A program made the translations under genes and the position numbers. Of a DNA stretch of 64,000 bases, positions 56,014 to 64,000 are shown in pieces; position 1 is the stretch's first letter; each line of letters begins with the position of its first letter. The stretch is from an uncultured Bacteroidales bacterium (lineage in GTDB: Bacteria; Bacteroidota; Bacteroidia; Bacteroidales; DTU049), in the NCBI GenBank assembly GCA_964526285.1, contig CAZGIW010000002.1, positions 23,594 through 87,593 on the forward strand, written 5' to 3'. The notes under the pieces were generated by a model that searched no databases, had not been told where the DNA came from, and worked only from the letters and a program-made list of their open reading frames with translations.

Positions 56014-57876
56014 ATGAATATCGTACCAAATAATCAGACTGTAGAAAAATGTTTAAAACAAAGGACTTATTATATTGACTTCTATCAAAGAGAATATGTC
56101 TGGGAAAAGGAAATAGTTCAGATTTTACTAGATGATATTTTTTATACATTTGATATTTCCTATGAGGAACATAAAGATAAAGATATTTGCCCAGAAGTAT
56201 TGGCAAAGTACAATTGGTACTATTTGAACATATACATTACGAATCATATTCAAGGAAAAGAATATATTGTAGATGGACAACAACGCTTAACAACACTCAC
56301 ATTAATAGCTATAAAGCTATTGAAGATTGCAACACAGAATGAGAGCTATTTTGAGAATATCATTGATAACTTGAAGGATTGTATTTATGGAAAAGATAAA
56401 TTCAAGGGAAAAATCTTTTGGCTTGACAATGAAAAAAGACAAGGGGTAATGGAAAAATTGCTAAAGGATGATTTAAAAGCAGAAAAGTTTAAGAATGCAA
56501 CTGAAGAGAATATCTTCAACCGATATAAAGATGTTTCAAAATATATTGATGACAAGAAAATGAGCAAAGAAAAAATACAATCATTTATTATGTATTTTTT
56601 GGAGAGGCTTGTTCTTGTTGAATTAAAAATTGAAAAAGATGATACTCCTATGGTTTTTGAAGTAATAAATGATCGTGGGGTGGCACTCAAGCCTTTTGAA
56701 ATTTTAAAAGGGAAACTCATTGGAGCATTAGAAAAGGACGATACTGAAAAATATAGTTTATTGTGGGAAGAATCTCTGGAAAGAATACGCGGAATCGAAG
56801 ATGACTTTTTTACAGATTATATAAAAGCTAATTTTATATTCAAACGGAATGCGGATATTGAAAAATTAATAAATAATCAATACCACAGATATATTTTTGA
56901 AGCAAATGAAATTGGAGATAGCCTGAAGTTTAGAAAAAAAGATGAAAACCACAATCATAATATCAAAAAGTTTATTGAAGAAAATCTCACCTATTACAGT
57001 GAGTTATATGCCAAAATTCGAAAAAACGAAAATACATTTCTAAGTTACAATAATAATATCAATGCATTATCTGGACAATATCAGAATATTATTTCTGCCT
57101 GTGAAATACATGATAGAAATGAGGATGAAAAAATTGATACAATCGCTAAAGAAATTGACAGATTATATGTGCTGTTACGATTGAACGGGATTTATGACAG
57201 CAATAATTATCAGGAAATTTCCTACGATCTGAATAAAGAACTAAAGGATTGTGATATAGTAGATTATAGGGGGAAATTCAACAATTGTATTGAAAATAGA
57301 ATAAGGGAAGTCAGAAATTTAAGTGAAATTACTTCCTTACTGGATTATGAAAGATTTAAAACCAGAGGATACGATAACATAGACAGAAGAGCATTGAGAT
57401 ATTATTTTGCCAGAGTAGAAAAATACATCTGTGAGTCAATAGGCAAAGAAATTGAAAATGATGTATATTATATTTCAACAAAGACAGGTCATAAATCGGG
57501 GTATCATATTGAGCATATTTTTTCGAGGAACAATCAGAATATGAAGTATTTCAAATCCGAAGAAGAATTTGAAAACCAAAGGAATAGATTGGGTGGGTTA
57601 TTGCTATTATATAACATGGATAATATCATTTCCAATAATGAAAAATATTACAAAGGGAAAAGAAAAACATACTCGAATGGGTTGTATTGGGGAAGAACAT
57701 TAATTGATACATTTTATCATAAAAGCAATTCACGTTTTCATGATTTCAATAAAAAATTCAGATCAGAAACAGGGATAACTTTTAAAGAAATTTCTGTTTT
57801 TGATGTAAAAGCACTTGAATACAGGAGCAGGCTTTTGTATGAAATCACCAAGAAAATTTGGCCAATCGAGAAATAG
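56014..57876 (+). CDS. GmrSD-like type IV restriction enzyme (N-terminal DUF262, C-terminal DUF1524 His-Me finger)
   Basis: IDFYQREYVW and VDGQQRLTTLTLI (DUF262/ParB-like NTPase). C-terminal YHIEHIFS...N.LGGLLLL. Confidence 0.75.
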   Translation: MNIVPNNQTVEKCLKQRTYYIDFYQREYVWEKEIVQILLDDIFYTFDISYEEHKDKDICPEVLAKYNWYYLNIYITNHIQGKEYIVDGQQRLTTLTLIAIKLLKIATQNESYFENIIDNLKDCIYGKDKFKGKIFWLDNEKRQGVMEKLLKDDLKAEKFKNATEENIFNRYKDVSKYIDDKKMSKEKIQSFIMYFLERLVLVELKIEKDDTPMVFEVINDRGVALKPFEILKGKLIGALEKDDTEKYSLLWEESLERIRGIEDDFFTDYIKANFIFKRNADIEKLINNQYHRYIFEANEIGDSLKFRKKDENHNHNIKKFIEENLTYYSELYAKIRKNENTFLSYNNNINALSGQYQNIISACEIHDRNEDEKIDTIAKEIDRLYVLLRLNGIYDSNNYQEISYDLNKELKDCDIVDYRGKFNNCIENRIREVRNLSEITSLLDYERFKTRGYDNIDRRALRYYFARVEKYICESIGKEIENDVYYISTKTGHKSGYHIEHIFSRNNQNMKYFKSEEEFENQRNRLGGLLLLYNMDNIISNNEKYYKGKRKTYSNGLYWGRTLIDTFYHKSNSRFHDFNKKFRSETGITFKEISVFDVKALEYRSRLLYEITKKIWPIEK

Positions 57877-58281
57877 GAATATCCTAAATAGCTTTGGGTT
57901 GTTTTTTATCTGGCACAAACGGAGCGGTGGAGGCGGTTGGAGCGAAGTGTCTTTTTGTTTAGTGTGTTTGGAAAAGCTCTTTGCAGGCATTATGAAGCCC
58001 TTCAATATATAACATGAAAATTACTCGAAATAATGACTGCAATGTGCTTTAGCAGGGTGGGATTACAAAAAGTGTGACAGAAAAAAACAACAGAAGCGTT
58101 GGCGTGGGAAGTAGGGGGAAAAAGACCATGCAAGCCCCGTTTTTGTTCACCCAAAAGAAAAATTATTATGGCAGAACATTACTGAAATCAAGCGAGAAAA
58201 TTCATTACTATAGCCTCATAGGGTGACAAAATAAGGGGCGGGGATTTTTACCCCACGAGGAAAAAGCAATAAAAAGTATTT

Positions 58282-58956
58282 CTACTTAATTGAGTTTATA
58301 AAATCTTTTTTTAAATCAGGAGAAGGATTCAAACAATCTTTTAGCGAAGTCCATAAATTAGAATTCACTTTATTTTCATCATACCTCCTAATTGCCATTG
58401 CTAATAATTTGCAGAATTTCAAATTGTGAACATTTTTATCACCGTTACTATTAATGTAATCCATAATTACATTACCATTTTCCTTATCTATATTAGAAGG
58501 ACGATACTTCATACGAGAAAGGGAATTTGAATCAACTATCATATGACAAATTTCATGAATAATAATTATGTCTATGACTTTTTTTTGTTTTCTTAATAAA
58601 CTTGAATGAACAGCGAATACATCAAAATTCCCCAGAAAAGAAATTTTAAAACAGGAATTTCTTTTATTCGAATCAATGATTGCTTTTTTTAATCTTTCAA
58701 CAGTTGAATAATATGCTATAAAAAAACTATTATCACTTTCTTTTAAATCAAGAAATTTAACAAAATCAATCATATTCTGATTAAATTCAAAAAAGAAATG
58801 TTCAATGGTTCTTTTCTTATATTTAGTAGAATATCTCAATCCGATTATCTTCCTATTTTTTTTCAAAAGGTAATTATCTAAATCAAAACCGAATATTTTG
58901 GTGAGAATGTTATTGATACTTGATTCAAAATCTTCTTTATTCATACAGAGTTTCAT
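58282..58956 (-). CDS. hypothetical protein with HExxH motif (possible ImmA/IrrE-like or other zincin)
   Basis: IIIHEICHMIVD is the only recognisable motif. Very AT-rich. Last gene of the R-M operon. Confidence 0.45.
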   Translation of the reverse strand: MKLCMNKEDFESSINNILTKIFGFDLDNYLLKKNRKIIGLRYSTKYKKRTIEHFFFEFNQNMIDFVKFLDLKESDNSFFIAYYSTVERLKKAIIDSNKRNSCFKISFLGNFDVFAVHSSLLRKQKKVIDIIIIHEICHMIVDSNSLSRMKYRPSNIDKENGNVIMDYINSNGDKNVHNLKFCKLLAMAIRRYDENKVNSNLWTSLKDCLNPSPDLKKDFINSIK

Positions 58957-58965
58957 TTACTTAAA

Positions 58966-59292
58966 CTAACCTCCAAAAATCACAAGTAAAAAATCAGTTT
59001 CATCAAAATATAAAACGCCATATTTCGCTAATGCAATGCGGAATTTATGATTTTCTTTCTTTATATCCAAAACTTCATGAATATGATATTTAGGCAAAAC
59101 CACAGGATATCCTAATCTTAAATCACATGGGTTAAGTCTTTTGCAGGTTTGTTTTGAACCGTTTAAAATTGTTTTAATAGAAATGGCATTTTTGCAAAAA
59201 GGACATTTCCAAGTCAAATTAACTTGAAAAAATTCAAAATCAATCTCACATTGATTGCACCTATATTTTTCATTGATGTGAGGAATAATCAT
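58966..59292 (-). CDS. hypothetical small zinc-ribbon protein
   Basis: CNQCE...(16)...CPFCKN is a Cys4 ribbon. No family recognised. 9-10-nt gaps to both neighbours. Confidence 0.4.
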   Translation of the reverse strand: MIIPHINEKYRCNQCEIDFEFFQVNLTWKCPFCKNAISIKTILNGSKQTCKRLNPCDLRLGYPVVLPKYHIHEVLDIKKENHKFRIALAKYGVLYFDETDFLLVIFGG

Positions 59293-59302
59293 AAAAAAAA
59301 AT

Positions 59303-60019
59303 TTAAAATTTATAAACAGATGGCATTTGCTTGTAATTCACTCCATCTAATAAACTCCCAGCTTTCTTTTTGTTTGTACCCCCCCATTGCTTGAAGAAGA
59401 ACGGGATATCCAATTTCTGACATTTGTCTCTGATTTCAATGACCCATTCTTTTTGCATTGGCCTTGCCCCTGGGCCAGATTCACCACCAACAATTACCCA
59501 ATCAATACCTTTCAGATTGATTTTACTCATTGATGACAGAAGTGGTTCGCAAGACAGGAATTTAATCTTTGCACCTGTGTTTTTTAATAATTCTATTCGA
59601 TCATAATGCTTGTTGTTTTCAACTGTAACACCCATCCAAATATTCTCTGTCCATGTAAATTTATCCGAATGTTTTTCCAGAATATCTGCTCTTTTGGTAA
59701 GTACCTGAAAAACATGTTGCGGATTTTCATTCATTACTTTAAATACTTTATTAATGAAGCTGACAGGTATATCTTTATGGAATAAATCACTCATGGAGTT
59801 TACAAAAGCTATTCTAGGTTTACGCCAAGAGTATGGTTCCTGCAATACTTCATCGTGTAACGTTAATTTGAAACCATTGCAATATTTTTTCTGCCCCATA
59901 GCCTTTAGTCTTTTTGCCATTTTTTCAGCATAGCAGTGTAAACACCCATCAGATATTTTTGTACACCCTGTTGAAGGATTCCATGAAACCTCAGTCCATT
60001 CTATTTTAGTTTGTGCCAT
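59303..60019 (-). CDS. DUF5131 (phage Gp37/Gp68 family) three-Cys-motif protein
   Basis: MAQTKIEWTEVSWNPSTGCTKISDGCLHCYAEKM is the hallmark N-terminus (Cx6CxxC). Also FLSCEPLL, VIVGGESGPGARP and FFFKQWG. Confidence 0.75.
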   Translation of the reverse strand: MAQTKIEWTEVSWNPSTGCTKISDGCLHCYAEKMAKRLKAMGQKKYCNGFKLTLHDEVLQEPYSWRKPRIAFVNSMSDLFHKDIPVSFINKVFKVMNENPQHVFQVLTKRADILEKHSDKFTWTENIWMGVTVENNKHYDRIELLKNTGAKIKFLSCEPLLSSMSKINLKGIDWVIVGGESGPGARPMQKEWVIEIRDKCQKLDIPFFFKQWGGTNKKKAGSLLDGVNYKQMPSVYKF

Positions 60020-61145
60020 TTGTTTGTTTTAAGTATAATATCGAATCGTCATTCAGTTTTCCAGTATTTTTCACATCTATAAATGAAATTTTATTATTAT
60101 CGTATAATTCTTTGACAGCCTTTTTAAAATCAGATTCCTTAAACTTCATGAAGTCTGATATTATTATTTTGTGCCAAATTCTAATTCTTGACAACTTTTC
60201 TGATTCAATTATTTCAAGTATTTTCTGTTTCAAATCACTATAATAATTTGGAGGAAGAGATAGATCCATGTAATCATCTTCAAACAATGTTTGTTTGTAG
60301 TTGCAATTCCATATATGCTTATAATAAGCATCGAACATAATGTTGTTGAGTAAAACGACCGTATCAATGTGTCTTGAAGCAAAAATCAGAAAATATTTCA
60401 GGACTGAGCCAGGGCCTCTTTCATAAACAGGACAATATCCTACATATTCAATATCTTTTTGCAGAAGGCTTTTATATTCATTTATTGCTCCAAAAATCTG
60501 CTGATCGCATGAAAGTCTTTCATTAAAAAGATATTTTTTCCAGTAATCTCCCCCCAGAGATTCAGATAGAGAATGATGTTTGCCTCGGATTTGCGGAGTA
60601 TCTTTTTCATATTGTGATTTGGCAGATAGCCTGTGTATTGCACTCACATTAATATTTAACAAGAGTTCAGTACTGAATCTTTTATCCCTTTTTAGGTACG
60701 GAAGAATATCAGCGTAATTAAATCCAGATATACCAAATTGATCAAGATATACAAAAACTGTCTGATCATCAATAATATCAAATATTCTTTTCAGAGCTTC
60801 TTCGGCTGTAGAATTTAAAGTAATTGCAACACCCTGATCAATGCAGTTCTTTAAGTGATTTGTAAGAATTTCATGGTGTTCAGGGTCTTTATTCACAAGA
60901 AATGCTTTATACCTGAAAGGAACATTTTCTTCTGCAATATCACAAATAAAAATAGGAGACCCTTCTGAATTATCATCAAAAACACCAGGGCCAGCAAAAC
61001 CGTCAATAATTAAAATGTTTTTGTTGAGAAATTTTACTTTTTTTAAGTAAGGTGGCAAATAATGTTTTAATATTTGGTCTTTCAATAATGACCAAGGCCT
61101 TTTGCCAAGGAAGAAATCATCTTTGCCTGAACAATTATTTACCAT
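60006..61145 (-). CDS. tcmP: three-Cys-motif partner protein TcmP-like
   Basis: WSLLKDQILKHYLPPYLKK...IIDGFAGPG matches my memory of TIGR04474. Overlaps the DUF5131 gene by 14 nt. Confidence 0.65.
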   Translation of the reverse strand: MVNNCSGKDDFFLGKRPWSLLKDQILKHYLPPYLKKVKFLNKNILIIDGFAGPGVFDDNSEGSPIFICDIAEENVPFRYKAFLVNKDPEHHEILTNHLKNCIDQGVAITLNSTAEEALKRIFDIIDDQTVFVYLDQFGISGFNYADILPYLKRDKRFSTELLLNINVSAIHRLSAKSQYEKDTPQIRGKHHSLSESLGGDYWKKYLFNERLSCDQQIFGAINEYKSLLQKDIEYVGYCPVYERGPGSVLKYFLIFASRHIDTVVLLNNIMFDAYYKHIWNCNYKQTLFEDDYMDLSLPPNYYSDLKQKILEIIESEKLSRIRIWHKIIISDFMKFKESDFKKAVKELYDNNKISFIDVKNTGKLNDDSILYLKQTNGTN

Positions 61146-61147
61146 AG

Positions 61148-62347
61148 TTACAATTCTCCTTTAAATGTTCTATCTAACAAACTTGCTTTTAGTGCTTTTA
61201 AATATATCAGTTTTGAATGAAGTTTTTCCGTCATTAAAAATGATTTTGTAGAAAGTGAAATAATCTTATCTATTGTAGCCTGCTGTTCCTTTCTTGGCAG
61301 AAATTTAATTTTCCAATCAGATAAAAACTTGGCAGGAACTCTTTTTAAACCAGATGAACCAGTAAAGTTTCGAACACCTTCCTTTTTAAAACTTGCTGTC
61401 ATAACAGAAAAATATATCCATTCTGGCATAACATCTTTGGTAGGACGTAACACATGAAATTCAGAAGAACCAAAACCAATTTTGTTTCTGAGATTAGTTG
61501 CAATACCTGCCTTTCCGTTCTCAAAACAAGGTGTTACTTTAGCCAGCAGAACATCTCCATCCTTGAAATATGTGTAGCCAGAATAAGCATCCTGTAATTT
61601 TATTTGTTGTATCGCTTCAAAATAAATTTTATGCTCCTTTAAATCTGTCATGGGCAGAAATGACACAACCATTGATTTATCACATGATGCTACTTCAGAT
61701 TTTTTCGGATTTATAATACATAATTCACCAAGTGGAGTATCACCATCCCCGAAAACATCATCCAAAACACTGGCTATCAAATTTTCTGATACAATAATAT
61801 TCTCCTTCACCAGTTCAATGGCTTTGTCAATTCTTTCAAAAAGCGCATCAAGTTTGGCGACAATGCGGTGTTGTTCGGGGAGAGGGGGAAGAAAAAGTTT
61901 AATATTGGCAAGCTTTGTGCCATTTACATTTGGCTGAGCAGAACCAAGTTCTGCATCACGTATCTGTATCCAATATAATGGGCTTTGAAAAAACAAATAA
62001 AGAAATTTCGAGTTTACTTTTTGTGTATCTGGAATAATCCGTATTAAATATGATGCAAAAATTGAATTTACATTTTCAGCAAACAAAAAAGATTTCCCAA
62101 CTGTCCCACCAGTTCTTGCAAAAAGAATATCACCAGTTTTCAATTCATAATTGGGAATATCTTTATCACTACAATCACAAAATGGAACTGAGCTCCAATT
62201 AACCTTGCCATTTTGAATATCTGTTATACGTAGATAAAAATGACTACCTGAATTAACGACTTTGCCAGTGTAGCCATATTGAATTTTTAAAGCAATATCA
62301 TTCACATTACAACACTGCCAATTAATAAAAGACATCCTATTTGTCAT
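61148..62347 (-). CDS. hsdS: type I restriction-modification specificity subunit
   Basis: Two target-recognition halves separated by the conserved LPPLPEQHRIVAKLDALFERID, with a distal FLPRKEQQATIDKI. Confidence 0.85.
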   Translation of the reverse strand: MTNRMSFINWQCCNVNDIALKIQYGYTGKVVNSGSHFYLRITDIQNGKVNWSSVPFCDCSDKDIPNYELKTGDILFARTGGTVGKSFLFAENVNSIFASYLIRIIPDTQKVNSKFLYLFFQSPLYWIQIRDAELGSAQPNVNGTKLANIKLFLPPLPEQHRIVAKLDALFERIDKAIELVKENIIVSENLIASVLDDVFGDGDTPLGELCIINPKKSEVASCDKSMVVSFLPMTDLKEHKIYFEAIQQIKLQDAYSGYTYFKDGDVLLAKVTPCFENGKAGIATNLRNKIGFGSSEFHVLRPTKDVMPEWIYFSVMTASFKKEGVRNFTGSSGLKRVPAKFLSDWKIKFLPRKEQQATIDKIISLSTKSFLMTEKLHSKLIYLKALKASLLDRTFKGEL

Positions 62348-63821
62348 ATCCGTTAATTAAAATATCTTCAATTTCAATTAATAATCCATTAATGGACTGG
62401 TCATTTCTTTTCAGTTTATCCAAAATTACAGAAGGCGATAAATGTTCAACAGCCTGTTGTTTATTGGGATTTTTTGCTGAGAGGTCATATTCTTTTATAT
62501 CTGCAACATTCACTACCCATGAATTAATAGTTGAAGGTCTTGCATTATAGAGATCAACAAAATCCTGCATGTGTTCCCATGTGATGGGTTTATTCTTTGT
62601 GAGTTTTTGAGGAGGGTTTACTTCGTAATACCATATGTCGGATGTTGAGCCTGTGCGCTCAAAAAAGATGATGTTGGTCTTAACCCCGCTATATGGCAGA
62701 AATACACCTGCTGGTAAACTTACAATGGTATGCAGATTGAAATTTTCAAGCAGTTCTTTTTTTACTGATGCAAACGCATTGTTGGTTTGAAATAACACCC
62801 CTTCGGGAACAATGACGGATGCTTTGCCCCCAAGCTTCAGCATTTTCATGAAATGTTGCAGAAATAATAATTCCGTGGCATTGCTTTGTATTGGAAAGTT
62901 TTGCTGAATCTGTGCTTTTTCTTTGCCACCGAAGGGAGGGTTTGCTACTATAATATCATGTCGTTCTTTTTCCTGAATGTCCCTTATGTTTTGAGTGAGT
63001 GTATTTAGTTTAAAAATATTCGGGCTTTCGATGCCATGGAGAATCATATTCATTACTCCCATTACATAGGCAAGGGGTGTTTTTTCGTTTCCGAAAAAAG
63101 TGTCCTGTTGTAATGTTTGCCAATCAGAAGTTGAGAGTTTTTCCCTTCTCCCAGGTGCAGTCATATACATATAGCTTTCAACAAGGAAGCCTGCGCTACC
63201 TGTGGCACCATCATATATTGTTTGTCCTACCTGGGGGTTAAGTGCCTGTATCATTGCTTTAATTACAGGACGGGGTGTATAAAATTCACCAGAATTGCCC
63301 CCATCGCTTCCCATTCCTTTTAGCAGGTTTTCATAAATGTGGGAAAGTTCGAATAATTCTTCGTGGTTCTGAAAGTCAAGTGTATCAATGATATCAAGGA
63401 TTTCCCTTAATGTATGTCCAGATGCAATGCGGTTGTCGAGAAATTCAAAAATTGCACCTATCTTATATCGAAGGCTTTTGAGGTCGGTGCTGTTAGTTTT
63501 AAATTTTTTCAGGAATGGAAATAGCTCTGTATTTACATAATCACGCAAATCATCACCTGTAAGAGCTACTTTTTTGTCAGTATTCCCTTTTTGATCTTTG
63601 GGACATGCCCAAAAAGACCAACGGTGTTTATTGTCAATTACGTACGAATAAGCCTGATTTGATAATATTGCTTCATCGTTTTTGTTTTCTTCATAATCAT
63701 TGAGGAATTTCAAGAATAAAATCCATGAAATCTGCTCTGTATAGTGCATTGCTCCACTGATTCCATCATCTCTGCGGAGAATATCTGTAATACGGTCTAT
63801 TTTGGGTTGTAGGTTACTCAT
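62337..63821 (-). CDS. hsdM: type I restriction-modification N6-adenine DNA methyltransferase subunit
   Basis: HsdM N-terminal domain, GEFYTPR, motif I YDGATGSAGFL and motif IV NPPFG. Confidence 0.9.
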   Translation of the reverse strand: MSNLQPKIDRITDILRRDDGISGAMHYTEQISWILFLKFLNDYEENKNDEAILSNQAYSYVIDNKHRWSFWACPKDQKGNTDKKVALTGDDLRDYVNTELFPFLKKFKTNSTDLKSLRYKIGAIFEFLDNRIASGHTLREILDIIDTLDFQNHEELFELSHIYENLLKGMGSDGGNSGEFYTPRPVIKAMIQALNPQVGQTIYDGATGSAGFLVESYMYMTAPGRREKLSTSDWQTLQQDTFFGNEKTPLAYVMGVMNMILHGIESPNIFKLNTLTQNIRDIQEKERHDIIVANPPFGGKEKAQIQQNFPIQSNATELLFLQHFMKMLKLGGKASVIVPEGVLFQTNNAFASVKKELLENFNLHTIVSLPAGVFLPYSGVKTNIIFFERTGSTSDIWYYEVNPPQKLTKNKPITWEHMQDFVDLYNARPSTINSWVVNVADIKEYDLSAKNPNKQQAVEHLSPSVILDKLKRNDQSINGLLIEIEDILINGYDK

Positions 63822-63824
63822 TTT

Positions 63825-64000
63825 TTACTTAAATAATTTTTTATTCATTTCTTCCAACTCAGACACTAATTTTCCAAATTCAGTAGTCTCTTGAGGTGTT
63901 CTTTCTAGATTTTTATTTTCTAAGAAAATTTTTCTATCATATTTTTCAGTATAACTATCACTAAAATGAAGTTCGAGGGCATTATGTTTTAATTTATTTA
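63825..64000 (-). CDS. 3' end of an unidentified gene upstream of hsdM (5' end outside window)
   Basis: My manual translation of the minus strand gives an open frame from the window edge: ..NKLKHNALELHFSDSYTEKYDRKIFLENKNLERTPQETTEFGKLVSELEEMNKKLFK*. The stop lies 3 nt before the hsdM ATG. It is absent from the ORF track because it has no start codon in the window. Confidence 0.4.
   Translation of the reverse strand, partial: NKLKHNALELHFSDSYTEKYDRKIFLENKNLERTPQETTEFGKLVSELEEMNKKLFK

Overview
AT-rich chromosomal window that reads like an anaerobic member of the phylum Bacteroidota. Supporting signs are T9SS type A and type B C-terminal sorting domains, gldA, a DUF1573 pair, a TonB-dependent receptor, TAnnTTTG-type -7 promoter boxes, and A-rich leaders that mostly lack Shine-Dalgarno sites. 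I support 67 protein-coding genes, two of them cut by the window edges. I found no rRNA, tRNA, CRISPR array, transposase, integrase or reverse transcriptase. All family calls come from motifs I recognise by eye, not from searches. Housekeeping genes include ribE, pheS, queD, panB, pepD, xseAB, psd, cdsA, ftsH, rsfS and birA. Four accessory regions stand out. (1) 55.9-64 kb is a visibly more AT-rich defence island. It holds a GmrSD-like type IV enzyme convergent with one tight minus-strand operon: partial ORF, hsdM, hsdS, TcmP, DUF5131 (Gp37/Gp68 three-Cys protein), a zinc-ribbon ORF and an HExxH ORF. No hsdR is visible in the window. The TcmP/DUF5131 module plus the two orphan ORFs is my best candidate for an undescribed system. 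(2) 12.2-19.0 kb is an 12-gene plus-strand cluster: DUF134 regulator, peroxiredoxin, three NifX-like proteins, two DUF5320 copies, ferredoxin, two MinD-type ATPases with ferredoxin inserts, a CobO-like P-loop protein, DUF4405 and DUF1847. I read it as an uncharacterised anaerobic metal/Fe-S cluster handling system, not nitrogen fixation. (3) 29.4-30.9 kb is a split three-gene HipB/HipS/HipT-type toxin-antitoxin module. (4) Several families of hairpin-bearing intergenic repeats are present, including a 153-nt unit found twice about 6 kb apart, plus a nested perfect-stem element at 35.45-35.58 kb. Other notable items are a TBDR-lipoprotein-MbnP-MbnH putative metal uptake cluster and a DUF4173 membrane domain fused to about 16 leucine-rich repeats.
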